Below the pieces are notes generated by a model. The model was not told the DNA's origin. It was given only the letters and a program-made list of their open reading frames with translations, and ran no database searches. The position numbers were made by a program, and so were the translations under genes. From the NCBI RefSeq assembly GCF_003704095.1, contig NW_020845410.1, positions 1,240,001-1,304,000 of the forward strand: 64,000 nt of DNA, read 5' to 3'. The DNA comes from Pocillopora damicornis. Lineage: Eukaryota. Positions 1 through 10,010 of the stretch are shown piece by piece. Each line of letters starts with the position of its first letter. The first letter of the stretch is position 1.

Positions 1-500
1 AGGACTTTGGAAACCAACCGCTTAATACAGGGTGACTGCTGAATATGGTGCCACTTAATACAGGTTCGACTGTAATACCATGTACTTTCCAGCTCGTGCC
101 TAGTCAAATGTTGACTCCTTCGAGCCATCAAACGGTCAATTCTCTCAAGAATTTTTACACACTGTCAAGCGGACAGATAATGAGAAAGAGGATAACGATC
201 AGCCAGGAGATATTGCCCTCGCAGGTGTTGTTGATGAGAAATTCTATTGTTTTAAGATAATTAACTTGCGGAACTTGAGGGCGTAAAGATCAATCACAAC
301 AGTGGCATTTTTCGCAAAACAATAATAATAACAAAGACAAATCAATGCAAAGCAATGGCAGTGAGATATTAGTATCAGCCATCGTTATTTTAAGTTTTCC
401 TGCTCACTTATAGTTACAATCATTGGTATCATACATATTCGTTAAAAGGAAACGGCGAACGGTAAACTTTTTATTCCACACTTTGAAAAATGGATTTAAC

Positions 501-2681
501 CTTGTCTTTTTCGTCTAAAATCTTTGATCCGTTCCTTGATCGCTGCCTTAAAGGCACCAGCCTCATGCTCATCACAGAAATTCAATCCTGCTCGACAATC
601 CTGCCAAAGTAAAATAAACCTCTTGAGATTGAAATGAAAAATAACCTAACTTAATTTGACGATGTCTATCTGTTCAACGTGTTTGAGTGTAATCTGAACG
701 AGTAGAGTGGCCACCTCAGATATAAAAACACCTAATTAATCTCGTTGCAGAATAGCTACTGTCAAATGGATTCTACAAGATATATATGTATATAATGAAA
801 TTAAAATTTTATCAGTCACATGAAAAAAAATTGGGAGTTTTTCTACCTAAATTTCCCGTATCCCGATAACCCCTAATATTTATTAAATTCACTCGACTCA
901 CATGTGCGTTGAAGGTATGGAACTTTGCAGTAGCGGCTCTGTATTTGAACTGTTTATACAACTCTTGTTCCCATGGAATCTCTTTGCTCTGTGATCAGTG
1001 CGGAAAAAAAAACTTAAAAAATGTATAAGAAGTAAACCGTTATTCAATTTTTTAAAAAAATATTGATATACAGCATCACGAATTTCAATATACCATATAA
1101 CATTTCCAGATGTCTATTGTTAAACAAAAAGTTTTAACGGAGGAGGGTTTTTAGGAAGGAAACCACTTGTATTCTTTGAACGCCCTTTTTAACTACAAAC
1201 AATTCAACGACCACAATATTATATATTTAAGCTATTTTTTCTCGTTGAATAATCCCAGATAGTGGTGTCAAATCATGATATCCTCTAAAAGCCTTTCATT
1301 CGGGAGAAGAGTCTGGGGTTGAACGTTTACCTACAACAGTTTTCTCCACTCCTGTAGCAAATCTCAATCGTTTTCAAATTTCAAGTAACAATTCTTTTCT
1401 TCCTCACCCCGCTTTGTATTCTTTTTGTATTCACGCGCGGCGCGCGTGATTTCACAAATTAGCCAATCACGTCAAAGAACTCTAAACTTAAAATTGGAAA
1501 ACTGACGTGGACACTTTTCGTTTTTTTGCGCGGATTTTTTCGTTAGTTGTCTTTGAGCTTTCGTTGGCGCAAATGTGTTTCCCCTTCGAATTTTAAGAAG
1601 TTTCGCAGTTTTTATTTTAGCCAATCTGTTCGTTTAACAAGGTTAATACATATTTTCTACTGAGTTCAGACTCTAATCTCTATTTTCGTAAATTGATTTT
1701 TACAGCCTCAATTTTCCCATTACTTTAATTCGCATTTGTTCATGGTACACTAGGAAAAGAATCGCAATCCTTTTTTTGAAACTTTCATTCAGATAATATA
1801 TGTTAACGGAGAGTACTCACCGTAAGGTCCAGAACTCTGATGTAATACACTTAGAAAAGAGTCGAAATCCTAGTTTTGAAACTTTACTTCGGATAATATG
1901 TGTCAATGGAGAGTACTCACCGTAATGTCCAGAACTCTGATGTAATACGATTTTAAGGTGCCATCTTTCACAAGGCATGCTACTCCTGTCACGATATGAC
2001 TCCATCGTGTTCGATCCTTGGGAAGGGCGAGGTACAACTGCACAATGCCTGTTGCTAATGACTGAAAAGTGGATGAATTGAATGAACAGCATATTATGAA
2101 TTAGCGGACGAACGAACTCATAAACAAACGAATTAATGAATGCATAGGTGAGTTAAGAATTTGCAAAACGTGAACGGCCTTGGAGTACAAGAGAGCAAGG
2201 GAGTGCTTTTCAATTGAGGATCGTTAAAAAAAACCATAGAGAGTACAATGGCTTATTAGAGTACCATCAAAAGGAGCTTATTTTACGACTAGAAAACTTG
2301 AATGATCACGTTGTGAGGGTGGTGAGAGTTTTCTAACCAATCAGTTATGAAGGTTGAAACACATCAATTCCACATTCTGGATTACTTTCGGCACTAAACG
2401 GAAAGTTGCTTCAATAGCCTCTGCTGGAGCAAATGAAAGGGGAAGTTCCTTATTGTTTTAATTTCAAAATCCCTTTTTCCTCATATATGTCTATCTACAT
2501 ATTTAAACAGACACCGATATCTATAAATAGCTTACGCCGCGTAAAAGCTCATACAAACAATTTAAAAAGTACTTCAGTCTTGAGCACTCACATATTTCTT
2601 TTGTCCTAACATATCACGAATCGTTTCATTCTCTTCGTCGGTGAGTAAAACGGACGGAGCGTGTTTCTTTTTAGTGGGCAT
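501..2681 (-). CDS. WASL: Wiskott-Aldrich syndrome protein family (WASP/N-WASP), N-terminal WH1 domain. Exons 2592-2681, 1921-2061, 902-988, 501-600; the gene continues beyond the left edge.
   Basis: Spliced translation: MPTKKKHAPSVLLTDEENETIRDMLGQKKY|SLATGIVQLYLALPKDRTRWSHIVTGVACLVKDGTLKSYYIRVLDIT|SKEIPWEQELYKQFKYRAATAKFHTFNAH|DCRAGLNFCDEHEAGAFKAAIKERIKDFRRKRQ. This matches WH1 signatures (VQLYLALP, WEQELY, FHTF, GLNF.DE.EA). All introns are GT-AG with consistent phases. Confidence 0.93.
1749..1948. repeat. Two-copy tandem duplication (~100-bp unit) covering the 3' end and splice donor of WASP exon 2
   Basis: ggagagtactcaccgtaa(g/t)gtccagaactctgatgtaatac at 1808-1848 and 1908-1948; the preceding ~60 nt are also similar. 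Confidence 0.9.
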
Positions 2682-2763
2682 TTTAAACTATAGCCCTTGA
2701 ACGACGAGGTAATGTTTTACATTCGTTGAGACGTATGTAAAGATGCTAGAATAGTGCGTTTGT

Positions 2764-2803
2764 TGACGTCAATATAATTTCAAAGAACCTATAGCGCGTG
2801 CGC
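2764..2803. promoter_or_regulatory. Candidate promoter motifs upstream of WASP: CRE palindrome TGACGTCA (2764-2771) and NRF1-like GCGCGTGCGC (2794-2803)
   Basis: Motif matches 80-120 nt upstream of the WASP ATG at 2681; function is inferred only. Confidence 0.35.
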
Positions 2804-3719
2804 GGATGGCCTTCTTTTGGGATGCCTTCGAGTACTTTTGGCAACTTGGTTCTAGCTAGAAATTGCCTTCGGAAGAGAGGCAGGCTTTTCATTTTTCTGA
2901 AACTTGACTATATCGGTAATACTGGCCTTTTTGCCTAAGTCAAAACTGCGACAAGGAGCAAGCATGTGAATGCACGGCTTTAGTTTACCAGGGATAGTCC
3001 TGATTCATTTTGAGAGAGAAGTTTCGGTTAAGAAAAAGAAGCTTATATGGAAAGCAAAGAACGTGCATCACTTCTTTTTCTGTTTTCGCCGTGCAGCTGA
3101 TTTATTTTTAATATTACCATAGGTTACGTCTTTTTTCGCCCTTCATGTCTCAACAAAGGTTTCATTGCAAACTTTGTAAAGATTTAATTACTCACCAACG
3201 GAAAGCGTTGGTTACTATTATTCATTTATATAAACTTCTTTGAGACAATTCCTCGCAAGGAAAACACCTTTCTTGCCAGTATTGCATTTAAGATCATAAT
3301 GAGAAAAGTGGACAAAGGACCGGTTATTGCAAAAGCTCTAGATAATGATATCGTCGAACAGGCGAAATTAAATTCCAGGCTGCCTTTTCAGTTTCAAGTG
3401 TCAGTTTCATTTCTATTGCTTGCTAAGTCGATGAGTTTTTTTGTTGTTGAAATCTTAACTAAAATCATCATTTGCAGCTGTCTCACTTTGCTGCGTTTAG
3501 AGTGTCCCACCTTGTCATGATGTAAGGAAAACACCAGTCTTCTCTGATCTTGTTAAAAAAAAAAAATTAACTTTCAGTGCTATGAAAAAGCGAAAGTCAA
3601 ACCCGGGAATCTAGTATTCCACCTTTCCTGAGCTGGTTTTGAGTATATCACGAAAACCTGCACCAAGAAGGCCTGAAATTAACCGATACCTCAACGAAAA
3701 TTTTTAATCTTGGAGCAAA

Positions 3720-4598
3720 ATGTTTAACGATACAACTCCATTTGTGATAAACGCCGCTATCAACTTTCCATTCTGTGTTCTAGCCATTGTGGGTAATCTA
3801 TTGATTCTCGTGTCATTTGCACGCACTCCATCATTGGTATCGCCTTCAAATGTGTTACTGATCGGTCTCGCACTGACCGACCTCTGCGTTGGACTAATTG
3901 TACAGCCTGCGTACATCGCGTGGAAAATTCACCAACACTTTCAACTAGATCCAACACTTGTCGGATTCCTTGGAAGAGCAACCAGATTTGCTTCTAGTTT
4001 GTTATGTGGTGTATCATACATTATTGTGTCGTCTTTAAGTGTGGACCGATTCCTGGCTGTTCATCTTCACTTAAGATATCACGAGATTGTCACCGTACGC
4101 AGAGTTGCCTTCTTCTGCGCTTTTGTATGGTTTCCTTGTTCAGCGGCTTCTTCTCTTGGCGCTTGGAAGTATGGATATTTTGAGCTTTTTTCGGCTCCAT
4201 TCGTCGGCATTTGCCTTCTCCTGAATGCAGTTCTGTATTCCAAAATTTATCGAGTAGTTCGGCGCCATCAGCTTCAAGTTTGGAATCAGGTGACTGTCTT
4301 TCAATCCACAGCGCAAATTAAAATATCAACTGGACTCAAGAACTCTTTTATCAACATTTTCTACCTGTATATAATCTGTTTGATTTGTTATGTTCCATAT
4401 ATGACAACTGCATTTATTTCTATTCTTCATTTTCAACAACGTGGTGACATGCACACACCTGTATCGGTTACTCTTGCTTTTGAAGTCTCCTGGACGATTA
4501 CATTCATCAACTCTTCATTCAACCCGTTACTATTTTCCTGGAGGTTGAAGAATATTCGAGCCGCAGTTAAAAGAACTCTGAAGGATCTTTTATGTTAA
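3720..4598 (+). CDS. Intronless rhodopsin-like (class A) GPCR, 292 aa, orphan of the adenosine/melanocortin-like type expanded in cnidarians
   Basis: Seven hydrophobic segments; TM1 GN, TM2 LALTD, TM3 DRF, TM6 CYVP, TM7 NSSFNPLLF. Confidence 0.93.
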   Translation: MFNDTTPFVINAAINFPFCVLAIVGNLLILVSFARTPSLVSPSNVLLIGLALTDLCVGLIVQPAYIAWKIHQHFQLDPTLVGFLGRATRFASSLLCGVSYIIVSSLSVDRFLAVHLHLRYHEIVTVRRVAFFCAFVWFPCSAASSLGAWKYGYFELFSAPFVGICLLLNAVLYSKIYRVVRRHQLQVWNQVTVFQSTAQIKISTGLKNSFINIFYLYIICLICYVPYMTTAFISILHFQQRGDMHTPVSVTLAFEVSWTITFINSSFNPLLFSWRLKNIRAAVKRTLKDLLC

Positions 4599-6641
4599 TT
4601 GTTTCAGCTGTTCAAGAAGTCATATTTAATGCTGTTCACTGATTCTAATGTGACGGTTCCTCTGGGATTATCCACGGGCTAAAATGAAATATGTGCAGGT
4701 TTGACAAACGTTTCTAGATACGAGAGAACAAGAATACCCGCGTGATTTTCTTTCTTGCCCCTTTAATTTGCAATCAGTCTCGTCACCAGAGCCTTCGTTA
4801 CCCTTACTTAGCGGAAGAAAACTTTGACTCTTAAATAGGTGGTACAACTTACATATCGTGTTCCTAGCAACCTTGTTATATCAACCGTCGTGTTACCGAG
4901 GGCTTTAGATCTGGAAACGAAATCACTTTATGACTCATTTCTTCCAGTTCTAAGCTCTAAGTGAACCATCGGAGGATATGAAAGTGTTTGTATCTACCAA
5001 AGATCTCGTATCGTGAGTATTTTGAATGTGATTTGAAGAAAGTCGAAGTGATCAAATTTCTCCTCCTACCTGTTGCGGTTCTCTATTCTTTTACTAGATA
5101 CCACGCTTAAAACATTTTATAAAACTGTCAGCCACGCGGTGATCGGTTTTCTATGTACGGGTTCAATAAAATACCTTTCAAAATTGGTCCTGAAATAAGC
5201 AGTTATGTTACTTTCCTAATATTTCAGTGTTTTGCGTCAGTGAAAGTTTAACAATATAGATTCTATAGAGAATGATACAGTTATCTTTGATTCTATTGTT
5301 TATACATTGTGAAGTCAAAACACTTTACACAACCCGACCAAAATAATATCTTCACAGAAAGGGGCAAACAAACATGCCACCTGACTCAAACACACATTAA
5401 ATTTCAAAAGAAAATCACAACAAAGAATCTTACAAGTCAGCTACACGTCTCACTTTAGACTTCGCTTAACCAACCGCACGCGTGGCTCGGGTTTTACATA
5501 TATTAGTCAATTTGAAATAACACACGCAGAATTCCTTTCCTTTTTTAACCGCTTATTGACTTTAAACAACTATATAATTTTTTTTTGCTTTCAACAGCTA
5601 CTAAATAAAATCTTTATGATCGTTCAGTTAAACAGAATCTTCACGGTTCAACAGATCCAATCACAGGGACCAAAACAAGACAAAATAATTTGAATGCAAC
5701 CAGCGAAGAGAGGAAAATCACAAGTTGTAATAACTTAAATTTATGTCTTAGGTAGTATAAAGTTTCTAACATGACATATCAATCAAATCTCTTTTGAAAA
5801 CAAGCCGCCCACAGAATCTAATTCAATTTACTTACAACCTCCCAAATTGCTTGAAGCGATTAAATATTCAAGTACCAGTATTTTACCTTCTATCTGCAGG
5901 GCCCAAAGAGAAAAAAAATTGTTTTCATGATTTTAGTAAATAGAAAAAAATAAAAAAGGTCTAAGAAATTCATAGGGGTTATAGGACCTCTTCAAAATTC
6001 CAGCCTTTTCCTCCAATAACAAATGATATTAGACATATTTTTTGGCACAATTTTTTGCAGGCAATTTTGTTGGCCTTTGGTCCGAAGCAGTTGACTTTTA
6101 GCACTTTACATATACCTAGTTGAGTACTAAAATAATTCCATCTTGACTTCGGGGTTGAATATGCTGAACAAAATTTGTACAGTTTAAGTAGAATTGTATT
6201 CATCGCTTATTTCAACCAGGTTTTGAAAACGCCTTTCTGTCACAATTCAATTTGAAATAAAAGAAATTGTCTTGTACTGAGCTAAATCTTATCAAGTACT
6301 ATTTTCAAATGCATTGACCACAAATCAAGCAGAGAAAAATATTACTTTTGGAATAGATTTTTCCATTGCCTTGAAAAGTTTTCTGAAAGTTTCACTTTAT
6401 TTTTATTTAATCTACATCTTTTTAGGCTACAGCTGATTTCAACCCCCGCAAACCAGAAGCTTTGTCAGTTTAACTGGTACCTTAATCAATATTACATAAT
6501 AATGACACAGGCGACTAATTGGCTTTGTTCTTGTGTCGCTGATTTCTCTTCATGGTCAAACAATAGTTATTCATGTTTGTCTTAACAGAGTCACCAACCC
6601 CTCCAGTTGGCGACTTGTTTAACCTTCAGTTCAAGTTTATT

Positions 6642-7359
6642 ATGAACTCTTTCAACGATGAAGCGACATCGAACATAAACGTGGACATAAACGCCCTCAC
6701 AAGCTTGTCACAACCGCAAAGCTCGTGCGTAGAATTTTCAAACACGGAAGCCGATTCACCGGTTCTTCTTGAAAGTGCGTTTTATTCACCCGGAGATTTT
6801 TCAGAGACCGAAGAAGGCTCTAGAACACCAAAACCCTCCATCGAATGTGTTGTTTGCGGAGATAAATCCTCTGGGAAGCATTACGGCGTTTTTACTTGCG
6901 AAGGCTGTAAAAGTTTTTTCAAGAGAAGCATTCGACGGAATCTCTCGTACACGTGTAGAGGATACAAGAATTGTCCAGTAGATATTCAACACAGGAATCA
7001 CTGCCAGTATTGCAGACTCAAGAAGTGTATGAAAGTTGGAATGAGGAAAGATGGTAAGTTTGACCTTTGAACCATATATTTTAAGGTGTTTCTTCCCTCT
7101 AAGAAAGTTCTTAAAACAAATGTCCCGTGGAAGACAGGAAACACCAACCATGTTTTCTTAGTTTCGTTCCGGTACGCTGCTGCGCTAGTGATGAGGTGTG
7201 CAATAAATAAACTCATAGAGTTCAAGGTGATATTTGCCAACAATATTTCCCTCGAGAAGTTATCATGGGAATGATTCTGTCAAATATAAGAAGATTTTTG
7301 TTCTTATACAGTGTTTCATGGTATAAGCTCCGAGGTGCTCCCAAAAAAATTTAGCCCAA

Positions 7360-7391
<32 letters not shown>

Positions 7392-9024
7392 NNNNNNNNN
7401 NGGGTAGTGCAGTTATTGGAATGAAGGCACTCAAACGAAGGGCGCATCTATCTGGTGATCTTGTAATTTTTTGTCGGCTAAATTTACCTATTACGCAATG
7501 AAAAGACAACATTATCAAACTAAGATAGAGGTAGCAATTTAATTGATTTCCCATATGTACTGGTGCCAGCTCAATGACGATTCCATTTCTATATTACACA
7601 ACGGCTGAACATTGTCGGGTTTAAGATCGAGCTTTCTCTAGATCTTTATTCCTTATGGGTCGGCTGATCGCAAAGAAATTGATAAATTTTATTCTGAAGC
7701 CTTCATGGCAAGCCAATTAATTTTTACGTAACTTGCACTGCTGTTTTGCCAGTGTTCGCTATTAAGCCTAAAAATTTATTTCCACTGGTCAACAGCTGTC
7801 CAGAAAGGTCGCATCTCAACAACTCAATCAGATGTAAGCTGTCTACAAATGGGCCTTGGTGACATGCGCAATCCTCAGTCCTTTTACTCAAATTACATCA
7901 CTCTCTTACTTCGAGCCGACACCATCGCGCGCTACCAGCAATCCCTCGGGATCTCCACAAATATTGCAGGATTGGAAAGCGCGTCTGAGCTTGCCACGAG
8001 ACTGCTGGTTTCCATAACCGAATGGGCAAAGAATATTCCCTTTTTCTCAGAGCTGACTCTTCCTGATCAATCCATCTTGCTACGGTCGTGCTGGAGTGAA
8101 CTGTTCATATTAAACGCTGCCCAGCACTGCTCGCCGTTTCACATGGTGCAGCCGCTGACCATTAGCGCGTTGACCTCTCCATCGAACACGGAGATGTTAA
8201 CAGCAGGCAGTAATGGACCACTCACAACTTTCGATTCTGCAGAAAATCTTAGATTATTCGAAGAACAGGTTGAAAAGCTTAAGAATTTACACATAGATTC
8301 TGCTGAGTTTTGCTGTCTTAAAGCTATTATTCTTTTTAATCCAGGTAAGTGGAGTAAATGTCTTTTACTTATTTCAGAGTATAAAAGGTCTACGTTTCCA
8401 GACGTGGAATTTCTTTATTATACAGTTCAACTCGTCTTTGCCGTGGAAAAAAAGTTATAGTCTCTCAAGGTAAATTGCTCGTGAGAACACTTTCAGCAGG
8501 GAAGACTTCTTTTCATCATTTTTTAAAGGATGGAATGTACTCTGAAATTATTCTCTGTTAGAAGTACTTGGACTGTCTCACAAACACCATCGAAGTCAAT
8601 TTAGTTATTATATGAATTAAATTTAAAAAAGATGACTTTTTGACCAGTATTTGTCTCATGACGTTTCATTTCTTCCTGGACACTTTCAGATTCTCAAGGA
8701 CTCTCTAACTGTACTCACGTGGAAGGCCTCCAAGAGCGTACCCAGTGTGCACTGGAAGATTACATTCGCACCCAGTACCCAAACCAACCAACGCGCTTCG
8801 GAAAACTTCTCCTGAGGCTACCCTCCTTACGCTTAATTCGTCCTAGTACAGTGGAGGCATTGTTCTTTCCTCCAATCAATTTGGCAAGTACACTGGAAAG
8901 TGCTTTGAATGAGATGTTGGTTATTACCAGCGTCGTGACAAGTTCATCCAACAACTGGGCTAATGCTGGGTTTCCAAATGGAAACATGAATTCCATGAAC
9001 ACCAATGGTACTACTGTGATGTGA
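6642..9024 (+). CDS. NR2F: COUP-TF-like nuclear receptor (NR2F group), ~431 aa. Exons 6642-7053, 7796-8344, 8690-9024; an upstream exon is possible.
   Basis: C4 zinc fingers [33 protein letters not shown]...CQYCRLKKC; hinge AVQKGR; ligand-binding-domain motifs [54 protein letters not shown] introns are in phase. Confidence 0.92.
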
Positions 9025-10010
9025 TTGGTGGCCTGTGGCATATCAACACGAGAGATGTTTACAATGCGTCGGTACAAATACGGAAAATTACCACACTGTG
9101 ATGCAAGATTGATTTATGTAGAGGACGTGAGTATTGAGAACTGTGCTGTGAGATCCAAAAAGTTAGGGTTACATCGGAGGTTCGTATTTCACCGTGCAAG
9201 TGAAGAATGGTTATAGAGAAACCATCTCTTGTATTTTAAACTTAAGAATATCCAAGCTTAACAATGACTGAATAGCACTTTATCCGAAAACCGTCTTCGG
9301 AGTATGCAAATCTGACGACATTCATAGAAAATCCTAATATGTGAAACTGAACAACGAATATTCTTCCCCAAGTTTGCAATATTTTTTCCAGAAAAAACTA
9401 CAAAATTTATCCATAAAAAGTATGACTGCATGGCAAATATTTGTCAAAAATAAGAAGTGTCTCTCTTTTATTTAAATTACTGGCACTTAGAATAGTTCTT
9501 CTTAAAATTACTTGTTAGGTTATCAATTTTATCTAGACTTTGATAAGTAGTAATTATATAATTTAGTGGATTGTTTTGAGTAGACTTGGAGAATTACTTT
9601 TATAACAATGGAATAATGCTTTAGGACTTTTAATACACTATAAGCGAGACTTTTTTATAACACTTAAGTATTCGAATAATGAAACTTCGTAGTCTAGTTT
9701 TAAAATAGGCATTTTGAATAGATCACTTCGGTTGAACATTTTGATTACCAAGGAAAGTAAATTTTAGATTTTGATATTCAGGTTTGTTTGGTCATAACTC
9801 TCCATTACCACTTTCCCCCGTTTCAAACCCTTTAAAGGATTTTGCGTGAAAATAAGCATTGACCTAACAAAGAACAAAACATACTGCTTAAGTTCAGCTC
9901 TCACTGTCTCTTTGAAATTTTCGCTGAAAACGTTTACAAAAGCCAAGCGTACATATTAGCTCTAAACACAATACTGAGTCTCCAGGACTTGTCAGCGGTT
10001 TTTTCTGCCC

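Noticed and set aside
1749-1948. Repeat-spacer-repeat pattern resembling CRISPR (also 40995-41230)
   Set aside because: Only two units, the 'spacers' are homologous to each other, the context is a eukaryotic intron and there are no cas genes.
1817-2092. 91-aa minus-strand ORF
   Set aside because: Wrong frame; the real coding frame is WASP exon 2 (1921-2061).
7363-7402. Poly-G run plus Ns (also poly-C at ~42803-42830 and N gaps at ~14847 and ~21365)
   Set aside because: Homopolymer or assembly-gap features; their lengths are unreliable.
9025-9216. 63-codon open frame directly after the NR2F TGA (readthrough or selenocysteine)
   Set aside because: The context TGA-TTG is not a known readthrough motif, I recognised no SECIS, and the peptide resembles nothing I know.
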